From Anthoceros angustus (Eukaryota > Plantae > Anthocerotophyta): a stretch of DNA of 64,000 nucleotides. The stretch is from NCBI GenBank assembly GCA_010909165.1, contig MU008161.1, positions 1,054,001 through 1,118,000 on the forward strand. Direction: 5' to 3'. Position 1 is the stretch's first letter. Every line of letters starts with the position of its first letter. Below the pieces are notes generated by a model. That model saw only the letters and a program-made list of their open reading frames with translations. It searched no databases and had not been told where the DNA came from. The translations under genes were made by a program, and so were the position numbers. Below are positions 61,035 through 64,000 of the stretch, piece by piece.

Positions 61035-61175
61035 GCTTCCGAAGTGGGTCCACTTCTGAAAATTGTCCCGAAGGCCAGAATTTCAGTAGGTCCAAAAGGG
61101 CAGCTTCCGAAGTGGGTCCACTTCTCAAAGTTGTCCCGAAGGCCAGGATTTCAGTAGTCCAAAAGGGCAGCTTCC
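61035..61175. repeat. 68-bp tandem duplication upstream of the MFS gene
   Basis: GCTTCCGAAGTGGGTCCACTTCT...GTCCAAAAGGGCA at 61035 and 61103. Confidence 0.85.
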
Positions 61176-61515
61176 TAAAATCATCCACACTAAGGTGGAA
61201 AGGATCTGATGTAAATAGCTTGCTTGCCTAGGGTTAAGACAAGCTTGAGGAGTTTGAGCTTGGTCGGAAATCAAGGAGGATTCCGCCACAAGAAAAAAAA
61301 CGAGGAGGGTGCTTGATCTGAAGGTGGTGAGTAGGCACATAAGCGCCCTGTGGGGGAGCCTGATCTTCGATAAGCGCAGCAGCAGGTGATGGGACTATGC
61401 ACCGCCTGATGCCGACTCACCACGCTGCGACACACGTCTGCTCTAGTTGCTAGCGATATCACACCCACCGCTCATCAGCCCCGCTCCCGCGATCAGACAA
61501 TTTTCAGATCCCGGA

Positions 61516-64000
61516 ATGGCGGACGAAGAGGATGCCACTATTGCAAATGAGGACCCCGCTGCTCTGAAGATTCATCTGGAACAGCCATCCTGGTTCACGC
61601 CTAAGCGGTACAACCCGGTTTCCCGTTCCCGATGAGTATGCTGCAGACAAATTTTCTGTTTGTTGATGTTTGGATTATCGGAATCTGTGAGCTGAGAAGG
61701 AATTGAGCAGGAAAATACACAGTGGTTGAAATTATGTGCATCTTAAGCCTATATGGTTTTCCATCAAACCTCGGGCTCACGTTGTGGGTAAAAATGGCTA
61801 CTTTGTCCTGATACTGTGCTGAGCTTGATCACCGTAGCCAGTGCTGAATTTGCAGTTCGATGTCTTGGATGATGTCAGGCTGCATGTCAGCCTTTCCTGT
61901 CCCCGAGTTGGACTCACTGTCTGGGTGACCGTGTGCAGGCTGCTATTTATATTTTGTGTGATAAATCTGCTGAACTACCTTGATCGAGGTGCCATAGCAA
62001 GTAATGGTGTAAACGGTGTTGCTGGTGATGCAACATGCCAAGAATCTGAGGCTTGCTTCAGCGGCTCCGGTATCCAGTAGGCACTTTCATTTGTTTTCGT
62101 TTGGTTCTGCCGTTTGATTAGATAGCGCTGGGGTGGTTCCGCAAAGGTTTTCTTACTTATCTCACCGATGGTTTTGCTGCCTGGCAGGGGAGATTTTAGG
62201 CTAGATAATTATCACGATGGCATCATATCTTCTGCTTTCATGGTTGGGTTTGTGGCGTTATCGCCAGTATTTGCTCAACTATCTAAGAGGTGATCTGGTG
62301 TCAGGATTCTAGGGAGGTTGTGGAACAGAGCGTGTACTTCTTGGGGTTTGGACCAATTCTTCTTTCAATGTTCTCTCTTCAGATACAATCCATTCAGGCT
62401 TATTGGAGTTGGCCTCTTATTCTGGACGGTTGCCACATTTAGCTGTGGGCTATCTGTTGGTTTTTGGTCCATCACGTTATCCCGAATGTAATGTCCATTG
62501 CTGTATTCACTGGCAGTAAGTTGAGTTACAGTGAGGAGGTTGATGGCACTTGAGGTTGCACTGAATTGAGATGGTGGTGGGCAGGTTGGTCGGGATTGGT
62601 GAGGCCTCTTTTGTTAGCCTAGCAGCTCCTTTCATTGACGACGTTGCTCCCCCAGACCAGGTACTTAAAGACGATTTGACCATCTCTAGTTGTAAATCCG
62701 TGTTATTGGTACAGAGACTATAGTAGCGTCATAGTTCGAAAACCTGTGCAGATGTTGCAAACTGCAGAACCTTGTAGATTTAAGTGTTAGTGCAGGATAT
62801 TGAGTCACTATTTATCCAAGGATATTAACAGAGGGCACCAGCGATATGATAGACAGCAGCTTCATGGGTGTGACTGTGGAGTTGTCTGGGTTTTTCTTCT
62901 TGCCAGGTGCCCATACGAGCCAGCCTGCTGAGTTGACACCTGTTTGTTTTGCAGCGAACTCTTTGGTTGTCCATTTTCTACATGTGCATTCCAGTAGGTG
63001 TGGCAGCAGGCTACGTTTATGGAGGTCTGGTATGTTCTCAATTGATCTCACCTATTTTGATGTTTGCAGTTAACGTTTTTACTTATTGTGGATGTTCTAA
63101 ACACTACTTGTTGACTACCTGCAGGTGGGTGGCTTGTTACACTGGCGAGCTGCCTTTGTCATTGAGGCTTTGCTCATGTTGCCATTTGCTGTATTTGGAT
63201 TCGTTTCAAAACCCATTCAAATGAAAGGTGAGTCGCCTTTCTGTTTAGTCTAAGGTGCACGGTTGCTGGAATTGACATCAGTTGTCCTAACTTTTAACAA
63301 TCCAATGAGTCATGACTTCTGTATCTGGACTGCTGTTTCCTTTGGCTGAAACATAACTAGAGGACTGGTTATTGTCCCAAATGAAAATTAACTAGATGAT
63401 CAATACTGTTCAGACTTCAATTCAACTTTTCAACACATTGACTCCTCGGATTTGGATCATACGGCAGGTTAGAGCCGAACTAATATATTAACACCCGCAA
63501 TACATGAATGTTGGCAATTGTAATACATGGTGGCACCTGCTCGGGCTTATATGTTATAAATGATTTGGCCTAGCCAAATTTTCTAACTAAGCAAGGTTTT
63601 ACAAGTAAGAATGTTGCAGGCCCTAGAGGTCGATCACAAATCTCTACTTCTGCAGCTTTTTCTGACAAGCCAGTTCTTTTTTGTACTTGCAGTGCATGTA
63701 GCTTTGGAGAGTGGTCCGGAAGATTCACTGCTTGAGAAAAGCAAAGGGACCAGCATGTGAGTTGGAGATTGTTTATAGCTAGTGTAGAGTTGACAAGCGT
63801 AGAAAATTTTGCCAAGCAGCATCGTAGCTTGGTCTAGATCTTCATCTGCATGTTGTCCCTATCTTGACACTTGCTTCAGGTGGGAGCGCTTCTGTTCTTG
63901 GTGGTTGGATCTTTTCCTTGATTTGAAGGTGCTCTTCAGTAGCAAGGTTTATACCACAAATGTTCTCGGTACGTGTAAACTTGTTTGCTGAAGCTTTGAT
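61516..64000 (+). CDS. Spinster-like MFS transporter (plant probable sphingolipid transporter family), 5' part; continues past the window
   Basis: Exon 1 (61516-61607) ends PSWFTPKR and exon 2 (61939-62076) encodes LLFIFCVINLLNYLDRGAIASNGVNG. Later exons encode DGIISSAFMVG, NPFRLIGVGL, LVGIGEASFVSLAAPFIDDVAP, WLSIFYMCIPVGVAAGYVYGG and LKVLFSSKVYTTNVL. Splice sites are GT-AG. Confidence 0.93.

Overview
Land-plant nuclear genomic DNA. Short GT-AG introns, GC-rich genes, a PLS-class PPR remnant and an RLP44-like gene suggest a non-seed plant such as a hornwort or lycophyte; this is an inference and cannot be confirmed here. Positions 1-25000 are mostly transposon-derived: a degenerate CACTA/En-Spm element with a 1.9-kb tandem duplication, a 7.1-kb TG...CA insertion with a 5-bp TSD but no paired LTRs, and several minisatellites. 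A gene island follows at 26350-42820: STE20/MAP4K kinase, RLP44-like receptor, ATL RING-H2 ligase and a matrin-type zinc-finger protein with an (HG)10 tract. Positions 43900-52370 are again TE-derived: a solo LTR splitting an ORF, then a ~390-bp tandem array. The window ends with a class III peroxidase, an antisense PPR pseudogene interrupted by LRR cassettes, a frameshifted LRR-RLP and the 5' part of a spinster-like MFS transporter. The most unusual features are (i) repeated local duplications and patchworks joined at short microhomologies, which could be real templated repair or an amplification/assembly artefact, and (ii) the giant unpaired LTR-type insertion carrying ORF remnants and dense hairpins. 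All calls come from motif recognition and manual alignment; no database searches were run.
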